DNA of 64,000 bases from Proteromonas lacertae (taxonomy: Eukaryota), in NCBI GenBank assembly GCA_002245135.1, contig NGBS01001160.1, positions 620,001 through 684,000 of the forward strand, in the 5' to 3' direction. Positions 26,119 to 38,520 of this stretch are shown piece by piece. A model generated the notes under the pieces. The model was not told where the DNA came from, ran no database searches, and saw only the letters and a list, made by a program, of their open reading frames with translations. A program made the position numbers and the translations under genes. Within the stretch, counting starts at the first letter, position 1. Every line of letters starts with the position of its first letter.

Positions 26119-27442
26119 AGTATTATATGAAATACAGGAATGATTTACAATCAGTAAGATTTATTGCAATGATATATGTATTTTATTTTCATAAGAAGAG
26201 AAAATATTGTAAAGGAGGATTTATAAAAAAGGATGAAAAAAGAATATACTGCAATTGCAACCAATGTCAAATTTAGTTTTATTAGTAATCTATATATCTT
26301 CTTTATCAAATCCTTTTATATCATATAAAAGATCCAAAGAAATATTATCATGTTTATATTCTTATGCAAATTATTATTACTATTGCATTTCAGTGAATTA
26401 TTTAGAACAATCTAGTTCACTTAATTATACACCTTTTATGCATTATTATTCAATGAATATTTATTTGAAGTAAGATTTTGTGAGTTAATATTTAGAACAT
26501 ATCTAAATATAATTCATTATAATTATATAATAAATTATTAATTACTTTTTGATGAAATTATCATTATTATGTGGATATTTAGTAGTTATGAATGTACTAT
26601 TGGTAATTACCCTAGTTACAAGATGATATTACCATAATCTACATCATTTCTAATGCTATTTCAGGAATGGAAGAGTAATTCAATATTTTCAATAAAAACA
26701 TTTCAATATTTCTAAAGTATACTTCACAAGTTATAAACAAAAATCATATTCAAAAAAATATATTATTGGTTTTGCAACTAATTTCAAATTTTATAGTAAT
26801 TGTTTATTTTATAGTAATTGGAAATTCACATTTTAAGACGATGGAATACTATTATTATTGTGGATAATCATTACTAGATTTTCATCCTAATATATTTTAT
26901 TCAAATAATAAACATAATAAAGATTTGTATTGTATATTAATAAAGAGAAATGTAAGTTATACAGAAATGGTTTTGAAGTATATGGTGAAGTAATCATTTA
27001 ACAGATTATTAATTCAATGAAAAACATTATATATAAACTGATGAAATCATATTTTATATATAACAATAATCGTTAAATTGTTAATCAAAAATATAAAATA
27101 GTATTAATTATGATGACTTTATATAGAAGATATTATGTATTTTCTACATTATTAAATTTCATTCACTACTAGTGATTAAAATACATTAAATGAGATGAAA
27201 TCCTATCTTCCTGAAGAATGTTGAATGATATCAAAGAAAATTGAAGCAATTATTCGACTTTGTAAAGATGTTCAATACAATACTTAATTCAGCAATAGAT
27301 GTCTTCTTCTCAGAAAAGCTAATCATCACTTTGAGATTCTGTAATACATATATGGGACTGTCGCTCAGTATCACAGAGTTCTAACGAATTGGAAATGTAA
27401 TTATAAATCTAACAACATTTCTAATTTTCGATATTTAAAAAT

Positions 27443-30042
27443 CAGGGTTGTATAAATAGGTAACCTATAGGTTATAGGTAAAACCTATAATCTAGCTTTG
27501 ACCGACGGTCGGTCAAGCCTCGAGCATTATTTTGTTAAAATCTATTTTAATTACATACTGAGTAACATTTGCTTAATACCAACTATCATACTATATAAAA
27601 AATTATTCCTGCTTCCTGTTTTACTTTGATTACCATAGTTAGAATAAGATTGGTTGAAATTGTATAAATAACTATTCTGATATATTAAAATTCATCTACA
27701 AACTACTCAATAGTGATATTTAACATATTTATACACTTGTTTTTTTTATGATTTATTTATGTTGATTACTATCTATAAAAAACAAATATTAATGTAATTA
27801 TAATAATAAATCTCTATTTCTGGATATTAATAATTTCTCTTCCATATGTTCTGATGAAATATTACATTTTGTGTAACTACTTATTCTCCCAATCTCGCTA
27901 AATATTCTCTCAGACTCGCAAGATGTACTTTGACAACATAAATATTTTCTGGCTAATTCAAATGTTTTAGGAAATATGGGTTTAAGGTGTAACCATACTG
28001 ATGACAAGCTCTCACCAGTGCTAAAATGTTCTGAATAGTCTATATAAGAATCTATTTCTTCTCTCATAATTTTTCTTCTTTTGTGCGATGAAGGAATATT
28101 TAAATACTTATCTAATTCGTTATTTTCATCTACTTCCATCAAATTCTCTTCTTCATCTTCACTCATTATTCTATTATGTTGATGTAAACTGTGAAGAGCA
28201 TTTTTTGCATCTATAAATTCATCTACAGTAAACCCTACTAATGACTCTTTAATAAATGTTTTAACACGTGGATCGAGAATGCAGCACATTAAAGGAATTC
28301 TAGTTTCGGAGTAAATAATTCTTAATTTCTTATTTACACTCTCTTTTATTCTATCAGCATATTCCTTGAAATCTTTTGTGTAAATACTTGTATTCATTTC
28401 ATATAATACTCTTTTTACGTTTAATACAGCCATACCTAATGTTATATTTCTTTTCTCTAAAAGTAGAGTAAGATTATAAAACGGTTTTAAAATATTTAAT
28501 ATATCATTCAAATATTTATAATCATTTGAAGAAGATTTTGGAATGTATTGAAGCAATGCATCTATTTTAGGCTTTGATATATTAATAATACCTATTCTTT
28601 TGTCTTTGTTATATTTCTCCATTCTTATATGGTATTCTTTATTCTGATCTTCCACGTATTGAGTCAATTTATTTTTGTTTTCATTTATTTTGTTAAGTAA
28701 TATATACATGCTATTCCATCGAGTGATGGTTATAGTACCTACTGCAATATCTAGTTTATTTCTATTTGCTACAGTTCTAAGTTGCTTGCTAAGATTAACA
28801 AATGTCTCAATTATTTCTGACACTTCATCCCCTATAACCAAACATGAATTAATAGATAATTGCAACGTATGTAAGAAGCATCTGATGTTGTCAATTTCTA
28901 GGTTTTTAACGCACTTTAGCACATTTGGTGCATTGTCTGTTGCTATGGAGATAATATTAAATTTGTAATGATCTCTGACAGTTTCTATTAAATCTGAAAG
29001 AGTTGAACTATATTCGTCTGCTACTTCAATTACTCCTATTGTATTTGTAAATTGTTTCATGTAATTATCAATGTATACACAACTAATTCCAATATATTCC
29101 TTACAGCTTTGACTTTTGAACCCGTCGAGTGTTAAAGAAACGTATTGTCCTCTCAATTGCCTCTTTAATTCTTCCTAATGTATGTAATATTAAACAAATA
29201 TACTCTTACTTTCTCAGTTTCTGAAAATAAATAATCATTATAAACCTCTCTTCGAGGTACAGTATATCCTAGTTTTAAGCAAAACCTTCTAAATTCTGGT
29301 GAGTCTAATATCGTGGTACTGACTGCATTGAAGGTTATGAATTTAAACAGATCTTGGTTGAGAGAATCTGAATTGACTTTGGCTTGTACTTCTTCATAAT
29401 TATGTACATTAACCATATGTAATTTCACAGCCTTCCCGTTCCTAACATTGCACCTATATTTTTTGTTGCAAAGGGAGCATATGCAGTAATCAGTATCTTT
29501 GATTTTTAACATGTTTTTCCAAAACATTTTGGAGTAGTTAAAATTTAACTTCTCTAACATACCGCTATTGTATAAATCCTCAACTTCTTTCGATGCGAAA
29601 GGTGGTAATGTAATATCCCTATGGTTTTATATATTATAAAGTCTTATAAATATTGAGTAATTATACATCTAAATGATCTAAATCTTAAAAAATAAAGATT
29701 TACTTAGTCAAACCATCAAGCTTGATGTTTTTTTCTTTTATTTTTTTTATTCTATAATTATCTTAATATTATGTTAATAATATGTTATTGTGAGTCATCA
29801 TTGAGAAATAGATCAAAATAATAGTAATATAAAAAGTGCATCGACCGACGGTCAAATTTGATATTTGAAAGATGATGTATAAAACATTAATTTTGTATAT
29901 ATGGTTAGATAATATGCTTCTTAACTCATGTTCAATAGGAGGTCAACTAATAGTTAGTATAAGGAAGGTAAAGGTCAAGCTAAAGATATAGGTTTTGACC
30001 TATAGGTAAACCTATATTTTTTGACCGAAAAATACAACACTG
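27443..30042 (-). mobile_element. hAT DNA transposon, apparently autonomous, 8-bp TSD TTAAAAAT
   Basis: Ends CAGGGTTGTAT / ATACAACACTG; TTAAAAAT on both sides; subterminal GACCGACGGTC and ACCTATAGGT motifs. Confidence 0.93.
27798..29620 (-). CDS. hAT transposase (BED finger, DDE, dimerisation domain), intron-containing
   Basis: CSLC...HMVNVH; LTLDG; ATDNAPN; RCFLHTLQL; TRWNS; LDPR; STSCESERIFS. A 29-nt GT-AG intron joins TEKVR|EELKRQLRG. Exact start uncertain. Confidence 0.9.
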
Positions 30043-30188
30043 TTAAAAATAGAATTAGATTCTTAATTGTAAATCCTACCACTAGTACCTCCAACATGAA
30101 CTACAACACTAAGATCTTATGTGAAGGTGGATATTCTAATAAGACTCTTCTATCACCTCTTATTGTTGATTAGAAGTTCATAAAACTC

Positions 30189-31151
30189 ATGATTTATTTA
30201 TTTATTATATTATCTATTATTTATCTATATATATTGTTGATAATAAGTAGAACATATCAAACAAAGTTATTATTTTTCATTGCGTCTTATGGTTTAGGTC
30301 AGCTAAATTTTTTGTATATGAAAATTAATTCTTTATTAAATATATGCGAAAGTGGATTTAAAATAAAAATAATTATACATCATACAGACATTTTAAACAA
30401 CTCCAATTTTAATAGTTTTTATTGTTACTATCAGAATAAATATTTAGATATTGTATTTATTAAAATACCAACAGAAATAGGTCACTTTCTTGTAAAAGAA
30501 CATAGAAAGTATATTATTCATAATATAAATGAAATAAATGAATATAATCACATTGCTTTCTTTGAAAATGATATTGATTTCGATTTATCAAATCTTAACT
30601 ATTATTTCAATACACTAGAATTAATTAAACAATTAAGAATTAAAAATGTTAATCCTGGATTTAAAAGATATGAGTTATCAAAATGTCATAATGGAGATGT
30701 ATGGAAAAATTGTCAAGATCATATTAATAATGTTACTTTAATGCTTATAAATAACATACCATTTGTAAGAATAAAAGATGGATATTGCGGTATGTGGATT
30801 ATGCCAAAAGATAAATTGTTGAAATATGTAAATGAAAATGAATTTCTTAATATTCCGACAAATTTACATAAAGGTAATATAGGATTAAAGGAATATTATT
30901 CATACAATTATTGGGAAAAACATTATACTCCACTTATACCTTTATATAGAATTGATGATTGTTTTGTACATCACATGAGTAATAAATACATTCATTATTC
31001 TGGATCAATTCAAATTACAGAGTTTTATAGGCAGATGAATATCTGCAGAACAAAAAATGGAATAAAATATACAGGTAAATTAAAGAACAAAATAATTTAT
31101 ATCAATAGAAGTAGAACTAGCAAAAAATGTATTCAATTAAATAAGTGTTAG
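30189..31151 (+). CDS. Putative GT-A glycosyltransferase, type II membrane protein
   Basis: Signal anchor; FFENDID (DxD-like), PGFKRYE, YCGMWI, HHMSNKY. Family not assignable. Confidence 0.55.
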   Translation: MIYLFIILSIIYLYILLIISRTYQTKLLFFIASYGLGQLNFLYMKINSLLNICESGFKIKIIIHHTDILNNSNFNSFYCYYQNKYLDIVFIKIPTEIGHFLVKEHRKYIIHNINEINEYNHIAFFENDIDFDLSNLNYYFNTLELIKQLRIKNVNPGFKRYELSKCHNGDVWKNCQDHINNVTLMLINNIPFVRIKDGYCGMWIMPKDKLLKYVNENEFLNIPTNLHKGNIGLKEYYSYNYWEKHYTPLIPLYRIDDCFVHHMSNKYIHYSGSIQITEFYRQMNICRTKNGIKYTGKLKNKIIYINRSRTSKKCIQLNKC

Positions 31152-31206
31152 TACACTAATCATCACCTAAATTTAAAGTATCACTTACATAATACTGAAA
31201 GAATGA

Positions 31207-32385
31207 ATGATACAGAGTTGTTATAATTGGATTATAATATTAATAATATTTATAAATACTTTACATTTACATTATTCTTTAGTTAATTATAATTTAATTA
31301 AAGCTTATAACCATTTAGATGATAAGGAAATAGCAAAGAATATATTCTTAGTATCTTTTTACTATGATGACAGATTCAAAGCAATTAGAGTTATATTGTA
31401 TAATCATAATAAAAGTAACAATATAAACAAAATATCGTGTAAAATTATATATAAAAGAATAGAATTTATATGTAATATGAGTTATTATACATCATTATCA
31501 GAAGATAAAACTGTAGCGAATTTATTAATTTTTACTAATTTTTTTCCTTCAAAAATTGTTTTAAATGATTATACAATAAATGCTAGAAAAAGCAAAACAA
31601 TAATTAAAAAGAAAAATAATAAAATAACAGTTTGTATTGGTAAAATGATAAATTTTACTGCATATAATATGCTAATTCAGACAATAGAAGCATATCTATA
31701 CTTTGGTGTAGATCATTTTGTTGTATATAAGTCATCATGTTCTAGAAATGTTAATAAAGTATTAGATTATTACTCAAAAAAAGGAGTATTGGAAGTAATA
31801 AAATGGGCAAATAATTTTGATATTAAATATACAAAGAAAAATACTTATGGTCAAAGAGTCAAATTGAATGATTGTGTATATAGAAATTATTATAAAACTG
31901 AAAGTATAATTATGACTGACTTAGATGAAATATTATGGCCAGATAAAGGGAATAGCATAATTAATATGATTGAAAATATAGAAGAGAAAGAGAAAAGAAA
32001 ATACGATGTATATATATTACAAGAAAAAATATTCAAGAGATATTTTATTCCATATTTTGATAGATATTTTCATTACATAGAGGATTGTAATATCTTTGAT
32101 TATCATACATGTTGTGATTATACATGGAATTGGCCAAAACTATTTATAAGAAATTTATCCAAAATTACATCTGTTAGTATTCATTGGATTACCGGATATA
32201 TAGGCAATTATACAGAAAAGCGAATTAATTCAAATGTAGGGTTTATTAGACACACAAGAAGAACGTATCCTTATATTGTGAGAGGATTGGTTGGTAACTG
32301 GACATATTACAAACCAGATATAAGAGAATTTGTAATTCAAAATAATTCTGAATATATCAAAAATATAGTCTTTTTCTCAAAATGA
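31207..32385 (+). CDS. GT92/DUF23 glycosyltransferase
   Basis: Signal anchor; TVCI, YLYFGVDHFVVY, YGQ...NDCVYR, MTDLDEILWP, PKLFI...VSIH. Confidence 0.85.
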   Translation: MIQSCYNWIIILIIFINTLHLHYSLVNYNLIKAYNHLDDKEIAKNIFLVSFYYDDRFKAIRVILYNHNKSNNINKISCKIIYKRIEFICNMSYYTSLSEDKTVANLLIFTNFFPSKIVLNDYTINARKSKTIIKKKNNKITVCIGKMINFTAYNMLIQTIEAYLYFGVDHFVVYKSSCSRNVNKVLDYYSKKGVLEVIKWANNFDIKYTKKNTYGQRVKLNDCVYRNYYKTESIIMTDLDEILWPDKGNSIINMIENIEEKEKRKYDVYILQEKIFKRYFIPYFDRYFHYIEDCNIFDYHTCCDYTWNWPKLFIRNLSKITSVSIHWITGYIGNYTEKRINSNVGFIRHTRRTYPYIVRGLVGNWTYYKPDIREFVIQNNSEYIKNIVFFSK

Positions 32386-32459
32386 AAGTAGATGATTTGG
32401 TTGCACAATATTAATTAACTATTAATCATAAAGTTTTTTATACATCTCTTTTAGCTCAT

Positions 32460-33230
32460 TTAAATTATATTATGTAATAATAGAAGATTTTTCATTTTTA
32501 ATTTATTTTCACATTTATTCACTATTTTATAATATTTGTTTATGTATAATGGTTTTATTGATAATATATTACATAATATACCAACATATTGATCATCCCT
32601 TATTAAATATGATTTATAAACTCTATGATATAAATTAATTCTTCTAGATGCCAATCTGCTTAAATTAATAAACCACTTGCTAGAAATGATGGCAAATATG
32701 AGTATCGATATATTCTGTATGGCGTATAACAAATTCTATTTTTAGTTCTACAAATTTTTGTTTTATAATATAGATAACCACAATAAGTAGCTTCTTTTTC
32801 ATTATTGTTAATAAATAAGAATAATAATGGTAGGTAAATTACAATATCTATATCTATTTTTATTAAATAGTCATATATCAAATTTTCATTAATCCAATTT
32901 ATTGTATGCAATAATATCACAGTTAAATTAAAATAGTGATTCTTTATACTAAGAAATTATATGTCCACAGAACTATGGATTTCATACTTCACTATAGTTT
33001 TGCTTTATCTTAACCTATTACATAAACATGTAAAACATTTGTTAAACGATAATGTCTATTATTTCTTAGAAATTTTCTCCAATTTATATTGTATGGATTT
33101 GATAATGTAAGAATAATATACTTATAGAACATATTTTTAATCATAGGCGATGATATTATTCGAAGAACATTTATTATTTGATATAAATGAAAGTTTTATA
33201 TAACATTTACAAATGGATATACTTATCATG
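32460..33230 (-). pseudogene. GT31-like galactosyltransferase, frameshifted
   Basis: YDYLIKIDIDIV, YCGYLY, YLPSFLASGLLI|LSR, RDDQYVG spread over ORFs 32660-32920 and 32460-32732. Confidence 0.7.
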
Positions 33231-33275
33231 TATAAAATTATTAAGAAGGATAAATAATATTATTTACAGTAATAC

Positions 33276-34091
33276 ATGTATTTAATTATATTATTGGCAC
33301 TATCAAATGTGTTACTATTTTTTTTATTTATATATAAGAAAAACACAAATATATACAATAATGATCATTGTTATTTGCATATGCAGAAAGAACAAAGAGA
33401 AATAAAGTACCTAGAATTTTCTATAATAGGAAGAAATTCTCCATTTAATAAATATAAAAAAAGTGATGAGTTTACATTATTAAGTTTTACAAGAATAAGA
33501 AATATTAAACATATTATCGATAGTATTATAAAAGAACATGTAAAAGGAGATATTCTTGAAGCAGGTAATTGGAGAGGAGGTAGTATGCTATATGCTAAAG
33601 GAATATTAGAAGCATATCATATTCAACAAAAGCAAATATGGATGTTTGATACTTTTAATGGCTTTCCTAATAATACTGTTATTACTGATAATAAAGAGAG
33701 AAATACATTAATTAAAGGTAGTATAGCTGACAAAATGAGATCAAATTCTTTTGAAAAAGTAAAATCTTTATTTGATATATATAATTTAAGTAATGGAGTA
33801 AATTTTATTGTAGGTGATTTTTTAATTACTATACCTAAAACTGCAATTCCTACTATGTCATATATTAGACTTGATGCAGATAGTTATTTTAACACACTCT
33901 TTTTATTAAATAACTTATATGATAAGCTAAATGATAATGGATATATAGAATTTGATGACTATAAATCTTATCCAGGATGTAAAAGAGCAATTAATGAATT
34001 TCGCAAAATAAGAAAAATTAATCAAAGAATTATATATGTCTATGAAGGATCAAGCAATACAAAATATAATTCTATTTACTGGATTAAATAG
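33276..34091 (+). CDS. TylF/MycF (macrocin-type) sugar O-methyltransferase with membrane anchor
   Basis: GDILEAGNWRGGS, FDTFNG, GDF..T, IRLDADSY, LYDKL..GYIEFDDY. Confidence 0.9.
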   Translation: MYLIILLALSNVLLFFLFIYKKNTNIYNNDHCYLHMQKEQREIKYLEFSIIGRNSPFNKYKKSDEFTLLSFTRIRNIKHIIDSIIKEHVKGDILEAGNWRGGSMLYAKGILEAYHIQQKQIWMFDTFNGFPNNTVITDNKERNTLIKGSIADKMRSNSFEKVKSLFDIYNLSNGVNFIVGDFLITIPKTAIPTMSYIRLDADSYFNTLFLLNNLYDKLNDNGYIEFDDYKSYPGCKRAINEFRKIRKINQRIIYVYEGSSNTKYNSIYWIK

Positions 34092-34104
34092 ATATAAGTT
34101 ACAT

Positions 34105-35673
34105 TTATTCAATTACTTTTCCTCCTACTATTTTTCCATAATTATCATCATCATATTTTTTATTTCCTACCCTGCATGAACAGCCAAATTTTATTTTTTG
34201 ATTGTAACAATTTCTACTTTTAGGTATTCTATGGAATAAACTAATTCCTTCTTTCTGAGCATTGTTCTTTCTGTCCTATTCAAATGTAAATACAATGAAA
34301 ATATAATACCTCACCTAAATTAATTATATCTAAAAGAGTTTTATGAATATCAAATGCTGTTACAAATCTATTTTGATTAATTAATAAATTTTTATAATAT
34401 TTTTTGTGGATATTTTTAAATGACTTTGGGAATATCTATAATGAGATTAAATAAATAATACCATGAATAAAAGTGGAAGAGAATGATCAATCCTTCCAAA
34501 CTATAGAATATAAGCATAATTATACACTACTCTCGTAATATTTTTTATAATGCATTCCATGATCTGCTGTAATAATCATAATACTTTTATTTATTATCCC
34601 ATTATTATGTAAATATTTTAGATAATTAGAAAAATCTTCATCAACTCTAGGAACAGATTTTAATTCAGGATCATGTGAATCCTTCAATATTGTAATTGAA
34701 ATTACTGGTTGTTGAGTAGAGTGATAGTATTTCAATGCATCTTTAAAGTAATTGAAATAATGTTGATGTATTTGTTTATCTCCTAAACATCTAGGATTTC
34801 TGAATAGTTCATATTTATGATAATTAGAATCATATGTAGGATAATTCAAATTGTGATGAGAGCCAGTATATTTATTAATGCCATGAAATGTTTCATTAAT
34901 ATCACATCCTAAATTTGCATTTATTGTAATGTAATTATTCTCTTTATAATCTTCTAAAATGAATTTATGAAAATTCTCATTATTATCAGAATAGTTAGCT
35001 CTAAAACCATAAAATAAAGGCACAAAATTACCCTTTGAATTATGATGAATAGTATGATACTTTAACATATCGAACATAGAATAGTAATTTCTTATAGATT
35101 TTAAATATTCTATTGTTTTAGGTAATTGATGTTTTAAAACAAACCTATATCCACCATCAAACATAATAATATGCACTGATAATTTTGATCTATTTATTAA
35201 TGATGATTTTAAATCATGTGGTATAAATTTCAAATACCATTTAGATTTTCTTTCTGTTGCATTAATGCGTGATGGAATTATTTCAATAATTTCAGAGATT
35301 AAAGCTGTTGTATTTCCTTTCTAATAACAATAATTATATATTATACTTTTAGATGCAATTTATTTTGATAATGAATTTTGTTTATAATTTTATGTTGCTT
35401 AATTATTACATCTAAATTTGTTGTAATTCTATTATAGGAAAATGATAAATAATCAGGCATTTTTGAACAATAATTATATCTTTGTGAAGATATTAAATGA
35501 AAAGTGTTTCTTATATTACACGGTATTTGACATACGTCTTTGCTTGAATCATAATATACATCGCTTAAAAATCCTCCACATAAACTTTCATTTGGAAAAA
35601 TAATAGTATTATCATTTTTGAAATACGAATAGATTATTATACCAAATATAAATAATAATTTTAAAATATACAT
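34105..35673 (-). CDS. DUF229 (alkaline phosphatase/sulfatase-like) membrane-anchored protein, 4 short introns
   Basis: RCLG, HD...VPRVDEDF, ITADHG; spliced exons give LPLLFM/IFP, NQNRFVTAFDIHKTLLDI, GISLFHRIPKSRNC, CSC; stop at 34105-34107. Confidence 0.8.
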
Positions 35674-35708
35674 CTATTTATCAAAACCATATGATATAAA
35701 AATTAGAG

Positions 35709-36557
35709 ATGTTTGATAAAAATCAGAGTTATATAATAATCATATTTATAATATTTATAATATTCATATATCATAATTATCATATTATTAATAGGAAAGG
35801 TGTAATAAAAAAATGTGCAATAAGGAATATAAAGAAAAAAAGTTCAAAATATGTGTGGAATTCTGGTAATTATATAGATTTAGGAGCAAATAGCGGTGAT
35901 TCAGTAATATGGTTTTATAATATTACTATGGATAGAATAAAATATACTGTACCTTATCCTAAGATTTTATTAAATATATCCAAAAATTTTAATACATACA
36001 TCTTTGAAGCAAATCCATTTTTATGTAAACAATTGCTTAAAGTCATAAACTATATCAAAAAGAAAACAAATTTAGTAAATTTTATAGTGTATTGTCCTTT
36101 TATTGTAAGTATTTATGATGGAGTAGATGTATTAAGTATTGATAAAAATGATGTAGCCTCATCAAAATATTATTATTCTAATATCATATATAACCGTTAT
36201 AGAAAAAATATAACTGTACCTGTTATAAATATTACTAAATTTATATCTGAAAATATACCTTATAATGATTTTAATGTAATGAAATTTGATGTTGAAGGAG
36301 AAGAGCATTATATTATACCTGATTTAATAAAAACTAATCAATTATCAAAATTTGATATTCTATATTCAGAGTTTCATAGAAAAAAACTGAATAACCCTCT
36401 TGAAGATAATGCAGCATCTATATACGAATCTTTTCTTAATTACACAAAATTGTATGGAATTGAAACATATGAAGAAGGCAATATTACTAATCTTCAAAGA
36501 AGAAAACATTTAGATCTTTATAAGGAATTATTTTCATGTAAAAATGGATTGTATTAA
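35709..36557 (+). CDS. FkbM-like methyltransferase, type II membrane protein
   Basis: YIDLGANSGDS, FEANP, MKFDVEGEE, YSEFH. Confidence 0.82.
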   Translation: MFDKNQSYIIIIFIIFIIFIYHNYHIINRKGVIKKCAIRNIKKKSSKYVWNSGNYIDLGANSGDSVIWFYNITMDRIKYTVPYPKILLNISKNFNTYIFEANPFLCKQLLKVINYIKKKTNLVNFIVYCPFIVSIYDGVDVLSIDKNDVASSKYYYSNIIYNRYRKNITVPVINITKFISENIPYNDFNVMKFDVEGEEHYIIPDLIKTNQLSKFDILYSEFHRKKLNNPLEDNAASIYESFLNYTKLYGIETYEEGNITNLQRRKHLDLYKELFSCKNGLY

Positions 36558-36854
36558 ATGAAAGAATTATATTATATTACTCTCTAGTAGTGAATGAAAC
36601 ATTAAAACAATAAATAAAAATAACTACGTTTTATATATACAATTTTACATCTAAATAAGTAAAAATATGAATTTAGTTTGTTTTAAAAGTGTTTGTTAAA
36701 CAAACCGTCTGCTCTAACAAACAGTATTATTGATATTATTATATAATAAAGCAACAAAAGTAATATTATAATCTATTCATTTTAAAACCTTAATTTCATT
36801 TTCTTCTATTGCTATTTGAAATACTAAGTGATTTGTAACAATTAATGGCTATAG

Positions 36855-37904
36855 CAGGGTTGTATTTATCGGTTACCGACGGAGATAGGTCAAAACCTAT
36901 AGGTTTTGCCTTGACCGTCGGTCGGTCAAGCCTTACAAGCCGAATATTATAAAATCTATTTTAATTCATTATATACTAATTTTCCCTTCATAAAAACTAT
37001 CTTATAATATATTTTAATACTTGATTCATATATTTTCAATTCAATTAAATAATTTTTAACTTTTTATAAAGATTTACAATTTAATACTCAACAATAATTA
37101 GGTATTTTATATAATTATGTTCTTATTTATTTCTACTAATCATCAGTTTCATTTGTAATCTATCACATGATTAATTTGATTTGGATAAGTTACTTATTTG
37201 TCCAGTATGTTTAAACTGTTCTTGGCAAGTATGTATACCCTAGGAAACTTGGACTTTAATGATAGCCAGATATTTACAATGGTTTCAGAGGTGCTGTAAT
37301 GAATATCATATTGCAAATATTCTTGTACTTCATTTGGCATAATTAATCTCTTTCTTTTTACTGAAAATGCATTTATCAAGGCTTTTTATCTTTAACATAT
37401 TATACCAAAAGGTTTTGTAAAAGTTAAAATTAAGATGTTCAAGCATATTTGCCTCTTTTAAGGCAATAACTTCACGAGCCGCTCCAATTGGTAAAACTAT
37501 ACTCCTAGAATATATAATGATAGATTATATTAGATACATTTATGATAATTATAAGAAATGATTAATGTCAAGCTAAAAGTTTGCCATTTTTTCTTTCAAA
37601 TTTTTATAATCATTCTATACTTTATATTACATATATAACACAATAGAATAACTCATTGGTAAGGTTAGATTCAATTATGAAGAAAGAAAAAAGCGCATCG
37701 ACCGACCGACGGTTAATTCGGTATTTTATAGAATGATATATAGAGCTTGAATTCAATATGTACAGTTAGATAATATTATTAATATCACATGTTTAGGAGG
37801 AGGTCAGCTAATAGTTACTACAGCCTGGTGTCGGTCAACATTTGTTTATTGACCTACGACCGATCGGTTTTCTCAGTCGGTCATGACCGATTTATACAAC
37901 CCTG
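36855..37904 (-). mobile_element. Non-autonomous hAT (internally deleted relative of 27443-30042), 8-bp TSD GGCTATAG
   Basis: CAGGGTTGTAT / ATACAACCCTG ends; GGCTATAG at 36847-36854 and 37905-37912; transposase remnant 37194-37379 (WLSLKSKFPRVYILAK). Confidence 0.92.
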
Positions 37905-37992
37905 GGCTATAGATATTTTTAACAAATATAATATTGTGTATATCATTCTTACCCATACTCCGAAAGAGATCACTGCTTCTGCATTACCATAC

Positions 37993-38299
37993 CGAGCTAA
38001 CCAACACTTGTAAATAGCTTCCAGTAGTCCATGTAGGAAATCATCTCGAAAGGAAGTTGACCCCGTAGGAGGAATCCCGTAGGAACCTTACGTAAATAGG
38101 ACTATGGGACAAGTGTCAGAGTCCTAACGAGTTTTCTATAAGTCCGTCCCCTTCTAGATCCAGAGTTGACCTTTACGGGAGCTTCATCGATTGCATAGAC
38201 GCAGCCCCTGTAAAAGTTAACTCTGAATCTAGAAAGGGACGAACCCCTAGAAAACTCGTTAGGACTCTGTGACAATGTCCCAGGGTCCCATTTATATAC
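37993..38299. repeat. Element terminus (copy 2) + ~160-bp foldback hairpin (38114-38274) + inverted terminus
   Basis: ...TAAATAGGACTATGGGACA AG TGTCAGAGTCCTAACGAGTTTTCTA...TAGAAAACTCGTTAGGACTCTGTGACA A TGTCCCAGGGTCCCATTTA; arms pair to a ~3-nt loop near 38193. Confidence 0.88.
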
Positions 38300-38520
38300 T
38301 ATATATAGTAGTCCTTACCTACTTTTACAAAGATTCTACGCTTAGAAGCAGCAGTTGAAGCCGATCTTCTTGACATGTTAAGTGAATGGTGAGGTAGCAC
38401 TCTATATATGCTATAAAAAAATATATGTACGATGATTTCGATATAAAAAGTATAATATTGTATAACAAATATAGTTATGTTTAACAAATAAAATATTGTG
38501 AATAGTTGTTATATTTAATA

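Noticed and set aside
26120..27150. Possible decayed Cas1p/RWA-type O-acetyltransferase (QEWK, IGFATNF, YYYCG traces)
   Set aside because: Too degraded and the motifs too short to call without a profile search.
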